Below are positions 37,720 to 46,934 of a stretch of 64,000 nucleotides of DNA, piece after piece. How positions within the stretch are numbered: position 1 is the stretch's first letter; each line of letters opens with the position of its first letter. The translations under genes and the position numbers were made by a program. The notes under the pieces are model-generated. The model did no database searches. It was given only the letters and a program-made list of their open reading frames with translations, and had not been told where the DNA came from. This stretch comes from Deltaproteobacteria bacterium. Lineage in GTDB: Bacteria; Myxococcota; Kuafuiibacteriia; Kuafuiibacteriales; Kuafuiibacteriaceae. The stretch is taken from NCBI GenBank assembly GCA_011526105.1, contig WYAZ01000135.1, forward strand, positions 83,190-147,189, in the 5' to 3' direction.

Positions 37720-38637
37720 CTAACGCAGCCGAACGCCTCGCAGATAGCGAATGAGAGCCTCGGGATCATCGGTAATGATTCCATCCACGCCTAGATCGAT
37801 GAGGCGCTTCCATTCCACCTCGTCGTTGGCGGTCCACGGAACGACGCGAAGGCCGGCCTTGTGCAGGTGCTCCACTGCATCCTTCGTCACCCAGGCCTTG
37901 TCCGGCGAGATGATCTCGGCCCCAATCGACTTACCCACCGCGACGTAGTCGATCCAGTTGTCGCTGGTGAGCGCCGCGAGCTTCAGCTTGGGACTCAGCT
38001 TCTTTGCCGCGAGCAGCGTGCGGTGGTCGAAGGACTGAAGGTTGCACCGGGGTCCAAAGCCGCTCTTCTCGATGGCGTCCACCACGAGCCTTGCGAAGTG
38101 TTCGGGCGACGGTGAGAGCTCTGGCGTCGCCGGCACGCTCTTGGTCTCGATGTTGAAACGCACCCGCTTCGCCGCCGGGTGCTTGGACGTGCGCACCAGC
38201 TCGAAGACCTCCTCGAGGGTGGGCATGACGGTCTTGGGCGCCGGTTTCTGGCGTGGGAACCGGGGGTGAATCAGAGACCCGCAGTCGTAGCTGCGCAGCT
38301 CGGCCAGAGTGAGGCTTCGGATGGCCGGTCCAGCACCGTCGAGCCGGGCGCCACCCGGGCCCAGGCAGATCTCCGGATTCACGTGCTGGTCGTGGACGAC
38401 GATGAGCTGGTCATCCTTGCTCACCGAAAGGTCGAGCTCGAGTACGTCGACCCCAACACGGAGGGCGTAGTCAAAGGCGGGGAGGGTGTTTTCGGGTCGC
38501 ACCGCGCGCGCACCTCGATGTCCTTGGACTTCGATCATCGTTCCAGCCTTGTCTTTCGCGCTCGCGACTTCGGGGAGATGGAGCATCGACGCGAATATGA
38601 TCGCGCTTCGTGCCAATCGGAGCGGGCGCGCACGCAT
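37720..38637 (-). CDS. glycerophosphodiester phosphodiesterase (GDPD family), secreted
   Basis: Signal peptide. EVQGHRGARAVRPENTLPAF…DVLELDLSVSKDDQLIVVHD, the canonical GDPD catalytic His/Arg/Glu motifs. Confidence 0.85.
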   Translation of the reverse strand: MRARPLRLARSAIIFASMLHLPEVASAKDKAGTMIEVQGHRGARAVRPENTLPAFDYALRVGVDVLELDLSVSKDDQLIVVHDQHVNPEICLGPGGARLDGAGPAIRSLTLAELRSYDCGSLIHPRFPRQKPAPKTVMPTLEEVFELVRTSKHPAAKRVRFNIETKSVPATPELSPSPEHFARLVVDAIEKSGFGPRCNLQSFDHRTLLAAKKLSPKLKLAALTSDNWIDYVAVGKSIGAEIISPDKAWVTKDAVEHLHKAGLRVVPWTANDEVEWKRLIDLGVDGIITDDPEALIRYLRGVRLR

Positions 38638-38688
38638 GTCAAGAGCAGCTTGCCTGGGGCCGGGCGTCGAAGCAACGCCGAAGGCGGC

Positions 38689-39966
38689 TCAGAAGTAGGC
38701 CCGAAGCTCGGCGTTGAGGGTGAAGGGGTACAAGCCAAACTCGCTCTCGATGGTGTCGGGGAGAATGAGCTCCCCCAGAGGCCCCACGCTGGGGTCGATC
38801 GACCCGCTTGGTCCTCGCCCGAGCGGCGCGGCCGCGCTCACGGCCAGCTCGACCTCGTCGAGCAACGAATAGGCGAAGTAGATCGTCGCGAACGCAGAGG
38901 GGTCCTGCATGTTCGCGAGGATCAGCACGTCGGCCACCAGAAGCGGCGAGAGCTCGTAGCTCGCGCCGACCGCAGCGTAGTGACGGCCAAAGTAGGGGAG
39001 CTCACTCGGCGTGGCCACGACCGCGGCCTGCAGGTAGCGGGTGGGGTCGGAGGCGCCGGCGCCGTGATGGAAGTACTCGGCGCGAAGGTGCAGGCTACTC
39101 TCGAAGCGGTGTTCGATGCCCAGCGAGAACTCGACCATCGGCTCGTTGCCGAACGTGACGTGGCCTTCGCCTCGAACCCCGAGCCACCCGAAGAGCTCGC
39201 CTTGGAAGCCACCGCCCACGAGCCAGAAGTCGGCGATGTAGCCGCCGAGGATCGAGACATCCACCACGTCGAAGAGGTTGGTGAACGCGCGAGCGAGCAG
39301 GCTCGAGTCTTTCAGCGAAACAGGGTCCGAGGCCCTGGACTCTGCCCCATGCGCGTAGCCGAGCACGCCGTACAGGCTCAGGCCCGTGAACTCCCCCAGC
39401 TCCATGTCGACGCGGGCCGCATCCACGCCCGGCTTGTAGAGCCGATAGAAGCTCTGCGCGAAGAAAGGAGCGAAGAAGTCGTTCGGAGTGAAGAGGTAGC
39501 TCGTCGCGAGGCTGATCGGCTGACGACCCACCGTGATGTCGAAGGGCCGAAGGCTCAGCCGCACGCTCAACCGGTCGACCTCCATGAAGGCCGCGCTGAA
39601 GAGCGACGTGGACTGCGTCCAGTGCAGGGCGTGGGTGCGGTTCCTCTCTCCGCCGCGGAAGGCGAGATTCAAGGCGGGAAGCGCGCTGGCGGAGGCGGTG
39701 GAGCCGGAGAGGAATTGCAGAAGATGGAACTCTGAGCTCAGCCCGTCCGAGGCTGTGAGATCTCCGATGGCCCGCAGGAACACCGCGTGATTCTCTGCGC
39801 CGCCGGGTAGGTCTTCGTCCGTTGACGCCGAGATGAAGCTGAGCCACCGCAGGTTGCCGCGAAGCTCGGCCTCCACCGGGCCGAAGCTCCCTTCGGCGAA
39901 CGCCAACGCGCTTGCGGGCCCGCCACACACGCCGCACAGCGCCACCAACAGGGTCCGTCGTATCAT
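38689..39966 (-). CDS. outer-membrane beta-barrel protein (porin-like), co-transcribed with the ABC transporter
   Basis: N-terminal signal (LLVALCGVCGGPASALA), an alternating amphipathic pattern, and a C-terminal aromatic terminus …NAELRAYF typical of OMPs. ATGA-style overlap with the ATPase gene. Confidence 0.6.
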   Translation of the reverse strand: MIRRTLLVALCGVCGGPASALAFAEGSFGPVEAELRGNLRWLSFISASTDEDLPGGAENHAVFLRAIGDLTASDGLSSEFHLLQFLSGSTASASALPALNLAFRGGERNRTHALHWTQSTSLFSAAFMEVDRLSVRLSLRPFDITVGRQPISLATSYLFTPNDFFAPFFAQSFYRLYKPGVDAARVDMELGEFTGLSLYGVLGYAHGAESRASDPVSLKDSSLLARAFTNLFDVVDVSILGGYIADFWLVGGGFQGELFGWLGVRGEGHVTFGNEPMVEFSLGIEHRFESSLHLRAEYFHHGAGASDPTRYLQAAVVATPSELPYFGRHYAAVGASYELSPLLVADVLILANMQDPSAFATIYFAYSLLDEVELAVSAAAPLGRGPSGSIDPSVGPLGELILPDTIESEFGLYPFTLNAELRAYF

Positions 39967-40694
39967 GCGGTATCGCCGCTCGAGCGAAGGTCCTCACCGG
40001 CGATCCGGCCGTCCATCATACGAACAATCCGTCGCGCTCGAGCCATGACCCGCTCATCGTGGGTGGAGAACAAGAAGGTGACGCCAAACTCCCGGTTGAG
40101 GTTCTCCATGATGTCGAGCAGCGTCTCCGCGGTGTGGCTGTCGACGTTGGCGGTGGGCTCATCCGCCAGAACGATCGCGGGCTTCGGAGCGATGGCCCGG
40201 GCGATGGCGACCCGCTGCTGCTGTCCGCCCGAGAGCTCGTCCGGTCGACGGTTCTCGCGGCCCTCGAGACCCACCGCGGCAAGAACCTCCAGGACCCGCT
40301 TCTTGCGAACCTCGAGCGGCACGCCTTGCAGGGCGAGCACGAACTCGGCGTTCTCATACGCGGTGAGCACGGGGATCAGGTTGTACGCTTGAAAGACAAA
40401 ACCGATGCGGTCGCGACGCAAGGTCGAGAGCTCGGTGGCGCTCAAGCGCGAAAGCTCCCGGCCCTCGACGAAGATCGAGCCCTCGTCCGCGACGTCCAAG
40501 GCACCTATCAGATTGAGTGTGGTGGTCTTTCCGGACCCAGAAGGGCCGACGAGCGCGGTAAACTCCCCTTTGTCGATCTTCAGGTCCACGCCATCGTTGG
40601 CGTGGATGACGACCTCGCCTTGCTCGTAGCGCTTCGTCACTCCGATCAACTCGACGATGCTGCGTTCCGCGGAAGACTGACTACTCGAGCTCAT
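39963..40694 (-). CDS. ABC transporter ATP-binding protein (LolD/MacB-type)
   Basis: Walker A GPSGSGKTT, signature LSGGQQQRVAIARA, Walker B IVLADEPT. Confidence 0.85.
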   Translation of the reverse strand: MSSSSQSSAERSIVELIGVTKRYEQGEVVIHANDGVDLKIDKGEFTALVGPSGSGKTTTLNLIGALDVADEGSIFVEGRELSRLSATELSTLRRDRIGFVFQAYNLIPVLTAYENAEFVLALQGVPLEVRKKRVLEVLAAVGLEGRENRRPDELSGGQQQRVAIARAIAPKPAIVLADEPTANVDSHTAETLLDIMENLNREFGVTFLFSTHDERVMARARRIVRMMDGRIAGEDLRSSGDTA

Positions 40695-40702
40695 AGGGAA
40701 CC

Positions 40703-41953
40703 TCAGGCAACCTTCTTGATGACGTCAATGGGCGGGATCCGGGCCGCGCTCACTGCCGGGTACAGCGCGGCCCCCATGCTCAGGACCAACAGGCCAACGA
40801 TCGTGATGAGAATGGTCTGCCAGTAGAGTTCGATGTGGAGGATGGGATCGATCAAGACCCCTCCGGCGCTGTAGTCGGTCCCCATCATCGAGGACATGTC
40901 GAGGCCGACCTCGAGCAGGTAGTAGATCCAAGGCGCACACAGGAGGCTGCCGATGCACAACCCAAGCGCGCCGATGAAGAATGACTCCGTGAGCACCATG
41001 CCCGCGAGCTGCGCCGGACGCATGCCCACCGCCAACATCATGCCAAACTCCTGCTTTCGCTCCAGGACGCTCATGAGGGACGTGTTCAGAATGCCTGCCG
41101 AGATGAGGACGCCGAGTAAGGCGAGAAACAAGACGTTCATCCCACGGTCCACATCCGAGAGGCTCGCGAGCTCGGACTGGGTCTCGCGCCAGGTGGCGAC
41201 TTCGGCCCCTTGCGGCGCCACCGAAGCTGAGATGAGATCGCGTACGCTTCGAGACTTTCGGTAGTCCTCGACGTAGGCCGAGATCATCGTGGCCTCGTCG
41301 GCGCCGTAGCCGAGCGTCTTTCGGATGCGGTCGATGGGGACGAGCAGGGTGGAGCTGTCCACCTCCGTGACGCTGGTCTTGAAGATGCCCTTGACCCGGA
41401 AGAGCTCACTGACGACCTCGCCGTTCTTGTCGACGGCAGTGAGGACGAGCTTCTTGCCCAGATCGAGGTTGAGCTTCTCCGCCATGAGGCTGCCAATCAC
41501 CGCTTCGCGTCCGGCGGTGCCGGAGAACATCTCGCCCCGCTTCAGCGCTCGAATGAAGAGGTTGACCTCGGGTGTCTCCAGGGACGGATCGACTGCGATG
41601 AAGGCTCCTCCCACCGTCTTGCTGGCGCTCGCGAGCATGGACTGACCGATGATCCTGACCACGCCGTGGTCGACGCCGTCGATCTCGAGCACCCGCGACA
41701 GTGTGTTGTTGGTGTCCGAGATCCGCTTCTCGAGCGACGGTGAGGCCTGATAGCCCTCCGGTTGAACGGTGACGTGCCCAAAACCCATCCGCGCGCTGTC
41801 GTTGATGGTGCGGAGGTAGGAGTAGTCGCCGAGGCCCACCGCGGTGATGGTGAGCCAGACCCCAAAGGCGACCGAGCCGAGATTGATGAAGGTCCGACGG
41901 CGATGTCGCCAGAGGTTTCGCCATGCCATCTTCCAGAGCATCGTCGTCCTCAC
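40703..41953 (-). CDS. ABC transporter permease, FtsX-like (LolC/E-type, 4 TM plus large periplasmic loop)
   Basis: N-terminal TM helix, a ~250-aa periplasmic domain, and a C-terminal 3-TM bundle, the FtsX/MacB-type topology. Confidence 0.8.
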   Translation of the reverse strand: MRTTMLWKMAWRNLWRHRRRTFINLGSVAFGVWLTITAVGLGDYSYLRTINDSARMGFGHVTVQPEGYQASPSLEKRISDTNNTLSRVLEIDGVDHGVVRIIGQSMLASASKTVGGAFIAVDPSLETPEVNLFIRALKRGEMFSGTAGREAVIGSLMAEKLNLDLGKKLVLTAVDKNGEVVSELFRVKGIFKTSVTEVDSSTLLVPIDRIRKTLGYGADEATMISAYVEDYRKSRSVRDLISASVAPQGAEVATWRETQSELASLSDVDRGMNVLFLALLGVLISAGILNTSLMSVLERKQEFGMMLAVGMRPAQLAGMVLTESFFIGALGLCIGSLLCAPWIYYLLEVGLDMSSMMGTDYSAGGVLIDPILHIELYWQTILITIVGLLVLSMGAALYPAVSAARIPPIDVIKKVA

Positions 41954-43164
41954 CGATGGTAGATCGCTTCGAGCGGTCGAATGATCGCGGCCTTGATGCC
42001 GGGGTAGAGGGAGGCCAGGGCCACGATGGCGAAGAGGGCGCCGATGGCCGTCGCGACGCCAGCGACGCTGACCTGTGCGTACCAGATGGGCTCCATCGCG
42101 ATGCCAGCGAAGCTCATGTCCCCGGCAAAGGAGCTGAGGTTCCAGCCGTGCCGCTGGAGGTAGAAGGCGAGGGGGAGCCCCGTCGCGAGTGCGATGGCGG
42201 AGGCCGCGAGCGCCTGCAGCATGACCTCGAGGAAGATCACGAAACCGACCTGAAACGGCGTGACCCCGATGGCCTTCATCACGCCGAACTCGCGGATGCG
42301 CTCGAAGACACTCATGAGCGTGGCATTCAGAATCACCATGGAGATCGCCCCATACATGATGAACATGAGGATGAAGCGGCCGGCGACGCTGGAGTCGAGC
42401 ATCTGGGCTACCGCGGGCTGAAGCTCGCGCCAGGTCATGACCTCCGCGCCCTTCGCCTCGGAGCTTGCGATCGACTTGGCGGCGTTGAGGTCGTGCTTGC
42501 CTCGAGCGAGCGCGAGCTCGTGATGGCCCTCCGGCAGGACCATGAGCTCTCGGAAGGCGGCCTCGGTGAGGAACAAGCCGGAGCGGTCGGCGCGCTCGCT
42601 GATGGTTTTGAGGACACCTCGCACCTGATAGAGGTCGTTCGCCATCGACCCATCCGCGGCTTGGCCGAGGAGCACCACCTCGGAGCCCACCTTGGCATTC
42701 ATTGAGCGAGCGAGCTTGGCTCCCAGCACGATGCCTCGGGGGTCGGTGGTGTCGAGCCAGCTTCCATGTCGAACGTGTTTGTGGATCTCGGAGACGCGGG
42801 CCTCGCGTTCGACGTCGATGCCGCGGAGCTCCGCCCCGGCTGAGCTCACGCCCGAGGCCGCGAGAGCGAACGTGTAGAGGCGCGGGGCTGACAAGAGACC
42901 GCGCTTCGAGAGCTCATCCGCCAGCTCTTCGCCTCTAGAAATCCGGAGGTAGAGATCGGGGTCGCGCCGGTAGCCTTCCGCGTGGATCTGCAGGTCGCCG
43001 AGTTCGAGTGAAACCACGGTCCTCTCCATGGTTCGGACCATGCCGTCGAGCAGCGCCGAATACACCAACATGATCCAGCCCGCGAGCGCAGTGGCCAAGG
43101 TGGTGATGACCATGCGGCGCTTGTTCCGGCCGAGACTTCGAACGGCGATGGTGAGGGTGTACAT
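41950..43164 (-). CDS. ABC transporter permease, FtsX-like (second subunit)
   Basis: Same architecture as its neighbour. 4-nt overlap with the downstream permease gene. Confidence 0.8.
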   Translation of the reverse strand: MYTLTIAVRSLGRNKRRMVITTLATALAGWIMLVYSALLDGMVRTMERTVVSLELGDLQIHAEGYRRDPDLYLRISRGEELADELSKRGLLSAPRLYTFALAASGVSSAGAELRGIDVEREARVSEIHKHVRHGSWLDTTDPRGIVLGAKLARSMNAKVGSEVVLLGQAADGSMANDLYQVRGVLKTISERADRSGLFLTEAAFRELMVLPEGHHELALARGKHDLNAAKSIASSEAKGAEVMTWRELQPAVAQMLDSSVAGRFILMFIMYGAISMVILNATLMSVFERIREFGVMKAIGVTPFQVGFVIFLEVMLQALAASAIALATGLPLAFYLQRHGWNLSSFAGDMSFAGIAMEPIWYAQVSVAGVATAIGALFAIVALASLYPGIKAAIIRPLEAIYHR

Positions 43165-43177
43165 GTGCAGCCTCGGT

Positions 43178-43945
43178 TCAGCGGGTTCGCTTGAGCCGGT
43201 TCACGGAGAAGAAGGCGTCGTCGAGCTTCACCCCTAGGTCCAGCTTCTCGTACTTGATGCGCGTAAACTCCTTCGGTTTGTCGCTTGGAATCATGGTCAT
43301 GACCGTCGGCACCTGCCGTCCGCCCAGGTTGCCGATATCCGTGAAGCGCGCGGTGCGGGCCACCGCCATGTCCTCGTCGTAGTAGAGGGTCTCGAGCGGC
43401 ATCAGGCTCCCGGCGTCGACGGTGGTGACGATCTTGCCCCACACGACGGCGGCGCCCTCTTTGGGGAGCAGGGTGATCTCGATCAGGTTCTGACCACCGC
43501 GCTCTCCCTGAAAGCTCAGCTTGGCGTCGTAGTCCTGGCGAAGCCGGGATTCTTTGACGAGGTCATCGTTGGTGAAGTGACTGCCCATCCAGGAACCGCC
43601 CATCATGCCCGATGTGAGCCGGATGGTTCGGTCGGTCTTGGGGAGATAGGTGTAGATGTTGTTCCCCGACTTGAGGGTAGCGCTGCCTTTCTCCTTCAAG
43701 GGCTCGATGATGCGGATCAGCGTGCGTTCTTCCCCGAGTGACCAAGCCTCCATCTTCATCGAGCGCTCGTAGTTGGCGGTCTTGACCGTCATTGAGACGA
43801 CCGCCTCTGACGCGTCTCCGCGCCACATGTCGTCGATGCGATCGAGCAGCGCGGCGACGTCCAACGGCTCGGGTGCGGCGACCGCCGGGTGCGGGGCAGA
43901 ACAGAGAAGGCTGAGCGCGAATGGCGGGAGGAGTGAGTTCTTCAC
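43178..43945 (-). CDS. LolA-like outer-membrane lipoprotein-sorting / carrier protein
   Basis: Start refined to GTG at 43945 (GGAG 5 nt upstream), giving signal peptide VKNSLLPPFALSLLCSAPHPAVAA. Size and position immediately upstream of the FtsX-like permeases fit the LolA-like (DUF4292/TIGR04-type) family; assignment is by context and composition. Confidence 0.6.
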   Translation of the reverse strand: MKNSLLPPFALSLLCSAPHPAVAAPEPLDVAALLDRIDDMWRGDASEAVVSMTVKTANYERSMKMEAWSLGEERTLIRIIEPLKEKGSATLKSGNNIYTYLPKTDRTIRLTSGMMGGSWMGSHFTNDDLVKESRLRQDYDAKLSFQGERGGQNLIEITLLPKEGAAVVWGKIVTTVDAGSLMPLETLYYDEDMAVARTARFTDIGNLGGRQVPTVMTMIPSDKPKEFTRIKYEKLDLGVKLDDAFFSVNRLKRTR

Positions 43946-44075
43946 GGAGGCTCCTGAGTACGAAAAGGTCTCAAAGCAGCTCGACCTCATTCCCCGTTTA
44001 GCAGTGCCGAGGTGTTTGGTCCACCCGGGTCTATCGCGCGTTGAACCCGAGCTTGGGGAGGGCTACGGTTTGTGG

Positions 44076-44645
44076 ATGAATCCCCAGCTGCTCGCGGCCG
44101 GCTCGGTCGACCCGGAGTCGCCGGCCACGTACTCGGTGGCGCTCGAGACCAACAAGGGTGCGATCATCGTCGACGTCAGGCGTGCACTCGCACCTCGCGG
44201 AGCGGACCGCTTTCACCGACTGGCGCACATTGGATTCCTAGAGGATGTGGCGTTCTTTAGGGTCATCGCCGGATTTATGGCGCAAGCTGGCCTGCATGGG
44301 GACCCAGCGGTCAGCAAGGTCTGGCGCAACGCTCGGTTCCCGGATGACCCGGTGCGAGAGACCAACGCCGCCGGGACGGTGAGCTTCGCGACCTCCGGCA
44401 AAGACTCGCGCACGACTCAGTTCTTCATCAACCTCGCCGACAACAAGCGGCTCGATGCGATGGGATTCTCGCCGTTTGGCCGAGTTCGTGATCTCGAGAT
44501 CGTCAGGGCGCTCCACGCTGGCTACGGGGAGGCCTTTCCACACGGCGCCGGCCCGCAGCAGGGCCGGATCCAGCGAGAAGGCAATGCGTATCTGCGCGCC
44601 GACTTCCCCGAACTCGACTACATACGGCGCGCAAGTCTGCTCTGA
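44076..44645 (+). CDS. cyclophilin-type peptidyl-prolyl cis-trans isomerase
   Basis: Start refined to ATG 44076. FHRLAHIGF…FFRVIAGFMAQAG…TVSFATSG…QFFINL, the canonical cyclophilin motifs. The ORF-track upstream extension overlaps the LolA-like gene on the opposite strand. Confidence 0.8.
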   Translation: MNPQLLAAGSVDPESPATYSVALETNKGAIIVDVRRALAPRGADRFHRLAHIGFLEDVAFFRVIAGFMAQAGLHGDPAVSKVWRNARFPDDPVRETNAAGTVSFATSGKDSRTTQFFINLADNKRLDAMGFSPFGRVRDLEIVRALHAGYGEAFPHGAGPQQGRIQREGNAYLRADFPELDYIRRASLL

Positions 44646-44741
44646 GCGCGCTACTGACAGGGGATGGTGAGGTCGAATCGGTTCGACGCCGCGGCGTCCG
44701 TGAACCTCGCGCAGGCAACGGGGTCGGGGCCCCCGTCAAAA

Positions 44742-45122
44742 TCAACATCGAGTCTGGTCGTTGTATCCGCCGATGTAGAGGTACACGCCCGCGCTCATGA
44801 CCATCTGTGACCCAGCTTCCAGCGTGAGGGTGGCTCCACTGCCCACGCTGATCCACCGGGTGACAAAGAGCCGGCAACCACGGCGCACGAGGAGATCGGA
44901 GACGATGTCGTCCGTCTGCGTGATATCGCAGGGCGGTTCGATCTCGCCGGCATCGGCTCGTAGGCCCGCGTCCAAGCCCGCGTCGGGAAGCGGGCTGGCG
45001 TCGGGCCGAGGAGTCGTGCCGGCGTCCGTACCGGCATCCGGGAGGATCGGGTCGCTCTTGTCACAGGCGGTCGCAAAGAGAGCGAGCACGGCGAGGATGA
45101 CGGTGGCGCTGAGGCTTTTCAT
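44742..45122 (-). CDS. small hypothetical lipoprotein
   Basis: Start refined to ATG 45122 (MKSLSATVILAVLALFATAC lipobox). A D/A/G/P-rich linker precedes a short C-terminal domain. The upstream ORF extension is R/P-rich. Confidence 0.45.
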   Translation of the reverse strand: MKSLSATVILAVLALFATACDKSDPILPDAGTDAGTTPRPDASPLPDAGLDAGLRADAGEIEPPCDITQTDDIVSDLLVRRGCRLFVTRWISVGSGATLTLEAGSQMVMSAGVYLYIGGYNDQTRC

Positions 45123-45229
45123 GGGGTGCGCGATTCTGCACATGCATGGCATGTGGGGCAAGCTTGCTCCTCGCGCGACTTGGGCACGAGGACTGTATAC
45201 TCTTGGGCGGGATGCCCGACCGACTACAA

Positions 45230-46615
45230 ATGCGAGCTGCGCCGGCCGGGAGTCTGCTGCTGGTCTCGGGCGCGTTGCTGCTTGGATGCGGTCCGTCGGA
45301 ACAAGTCCACTTCGTACCGATGCCCGAGGCCCCGGGCGCATCGAGCTATGTGGTGCGCATCGGATCAGAGCTCCGGGCAGGAAACATCGACGAGGCGATC
45401 CGGGCACCGCTCGAGGAGAACCTCCTCGTGGAGCTCGCTTTCTACTCTCGGGCGCTCGAGGCGCTAGGGCTATCGAGCGGTCCCCTCGAGGGCCAGCGGG
45501 CCTGCCTGTTGTCCTGCGAGACCCTCGAGACGCTCGCGGTCCTCACCGGCACGGTCCGCGACACCGAGCTCGAGTGGCGGTCGCTCGACGAGATGAGCGA
45601 AGGGATGAAGGACGCGCTCGTGCCCGACCGACTTCATCGGTGCTCCGCCTGTCCGGCCATCGAACGCGTCCTTCTGCCGCTTCCCGTGCCCAGGAACGTG
45701 AAGGTTAAGTTCACTGCTGCTTGTGACCGAGGTGTGTATCTCGGTTTGAGTGGCGGCGAGCTTCTGTACGTACGCGATGATGAGACCGTGCACCAGCTCT
45801 GCGCGGGCGGGGCGAGCCCCTCGCTGGGTCTGATCCAACACGGAGTTTGCCGAGACGGTGAGGTGTGGCTGATTGGGGGGGAGCAGATCGCACGACTCGA
45901 CGTGGCGGCTCTAAACCCAGCGCTCCCGTGCCTGGTCTCCACCTCGACCGGCCCCGGCGGGTTCGACCGTGCAGACGGAGGAGAGCGCGAAAGCTTTGTC
46001 CGAGCAGCCATCTCTGGGCCCAACGAGCCCTTCGAGATCTTCATCACGACGAATCAGGGTCGGGTCGTTCGCTACGATGATTCGGGGTGGAGCGAACACG
46101 GTCGACTGAGCGCCGCACCGAGCGAGCTGTTTCGGATCGCCTGGCTCGGTCCGAGGCGTGCCCTGGCGTCCGCAGGCGTCAGCGAGTTGGCGCTGATCGG
46201 TCCAGAGGGTTTGACGATTCGCGCGCTGCCCGAAGCCTTCCTGCGCATGCGCGCGTTCGCTCGGCTCTCGGATGGTTCCGTGTTGTTCGGCACGGATGCC
46301 CGAGGGCTCTATCGTTTACATGACTCGATCCGATGGGAGGTCGTTGGTGTGCAAGGCTGGCTTGATAACTTCGGGATGACCGCCCATCGAAACGGTGCCT
46401 TCTACACCGCGGAGGGCGGAGCCTTTGGCTACTACGACATGGACCGCGGCCCTTGTCCGATCGAGCTCGTCGGGTTCTCTACCGAGCGCGTGTATGAGCT
46501 TGCGCCTCTGGATGCGGCCCGAGTGATTCTAGGAGACATCGTCACGTCGGAGCCCCTGCGCGACAGCGCGGTCGGTCTGGTGCGGGCGGTGCCATCGAGT
46601 TGCTTGGCTCGGTGA
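45230..46615 (+). CDS. hypothetical lipoprotein
   Basis: Start refined to ATG 45230 (MRAAPAGSLLLVSGALLLGC lipobox). 461 aa with no recognised motif. Confidence 0.55.
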   Translation: MRAAPAGSLLLVSGALLLGCGPSEQVHFVPMPEAPGASSYVVRIGSELRAGNIDEAIRAPLEENLLVELAFYSRALEALGLSSGPLEGQRACLLSCETLETLAVLTGTVRDTELEWRSLDEMSEGMKDALVPDRLHRCSACPAIERVLLPLPVPRNVKVKFTAACDRGVYLGLSGGELLYVRDDETVHQLCAGGASPSLGLIQHGVCRDGEVWLIGGEQIARLDVAALNPALPCLVSTSTGPGGFDRADGGERESFVRAAISGPNEPFEIFITTNQGRVVRYDDSGWSEHGRLSAAPSELFRIAWLGPRRALASAGVSELALIGPEGLTIRALPEAFLRMRAFARLSDGSVLFGTDARGLYRLHDSIRWEVVGVQGWLDNFGMTAHRNGAFYTAEGGAFGYYDMDRGPCPIELVGFSTERVYELAPLDAARVILGDIVTSEPLRDSAVGLVRAVPSSCLAR

Positions 46616-46934
46616 ATCGGGAGCGGACCCCGATATTGCGCTCACGGGTTCGATCAAGGGTTCACTTTGATCTCGAGCCATCCCAGCATGTGCCTCGCGG
46701 ACTTCGACAGCGCAGCGAAGACGAAGCCGGTGCGCGGGCGGGCCAGTGCCTTGGGGGTCGACGAGCCCGAGAGCGGCTGCAGCGGACAGGTGTTTCCGTG
46801 GGCGAGCAGAACACCGACGTTTCCGAGGGCTCCGGGAACCTCGGGGGCTTCGAGATACGCGGACTCGGCGCCACATCCAGTGAGCAGAGCCAACGGGCAG
46901 AGCCAGGTGATGGGCCCGTGTGGAACGCGCGTGT

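Noticed and set aside
38179-39735. 518-aa plus-strand ORF antisense to the GlpQ and OM-barrel genes
   Set aside because: R/E/G/V-rich shadow frame. The minus-strand genes have clear GDPD and OMP features.
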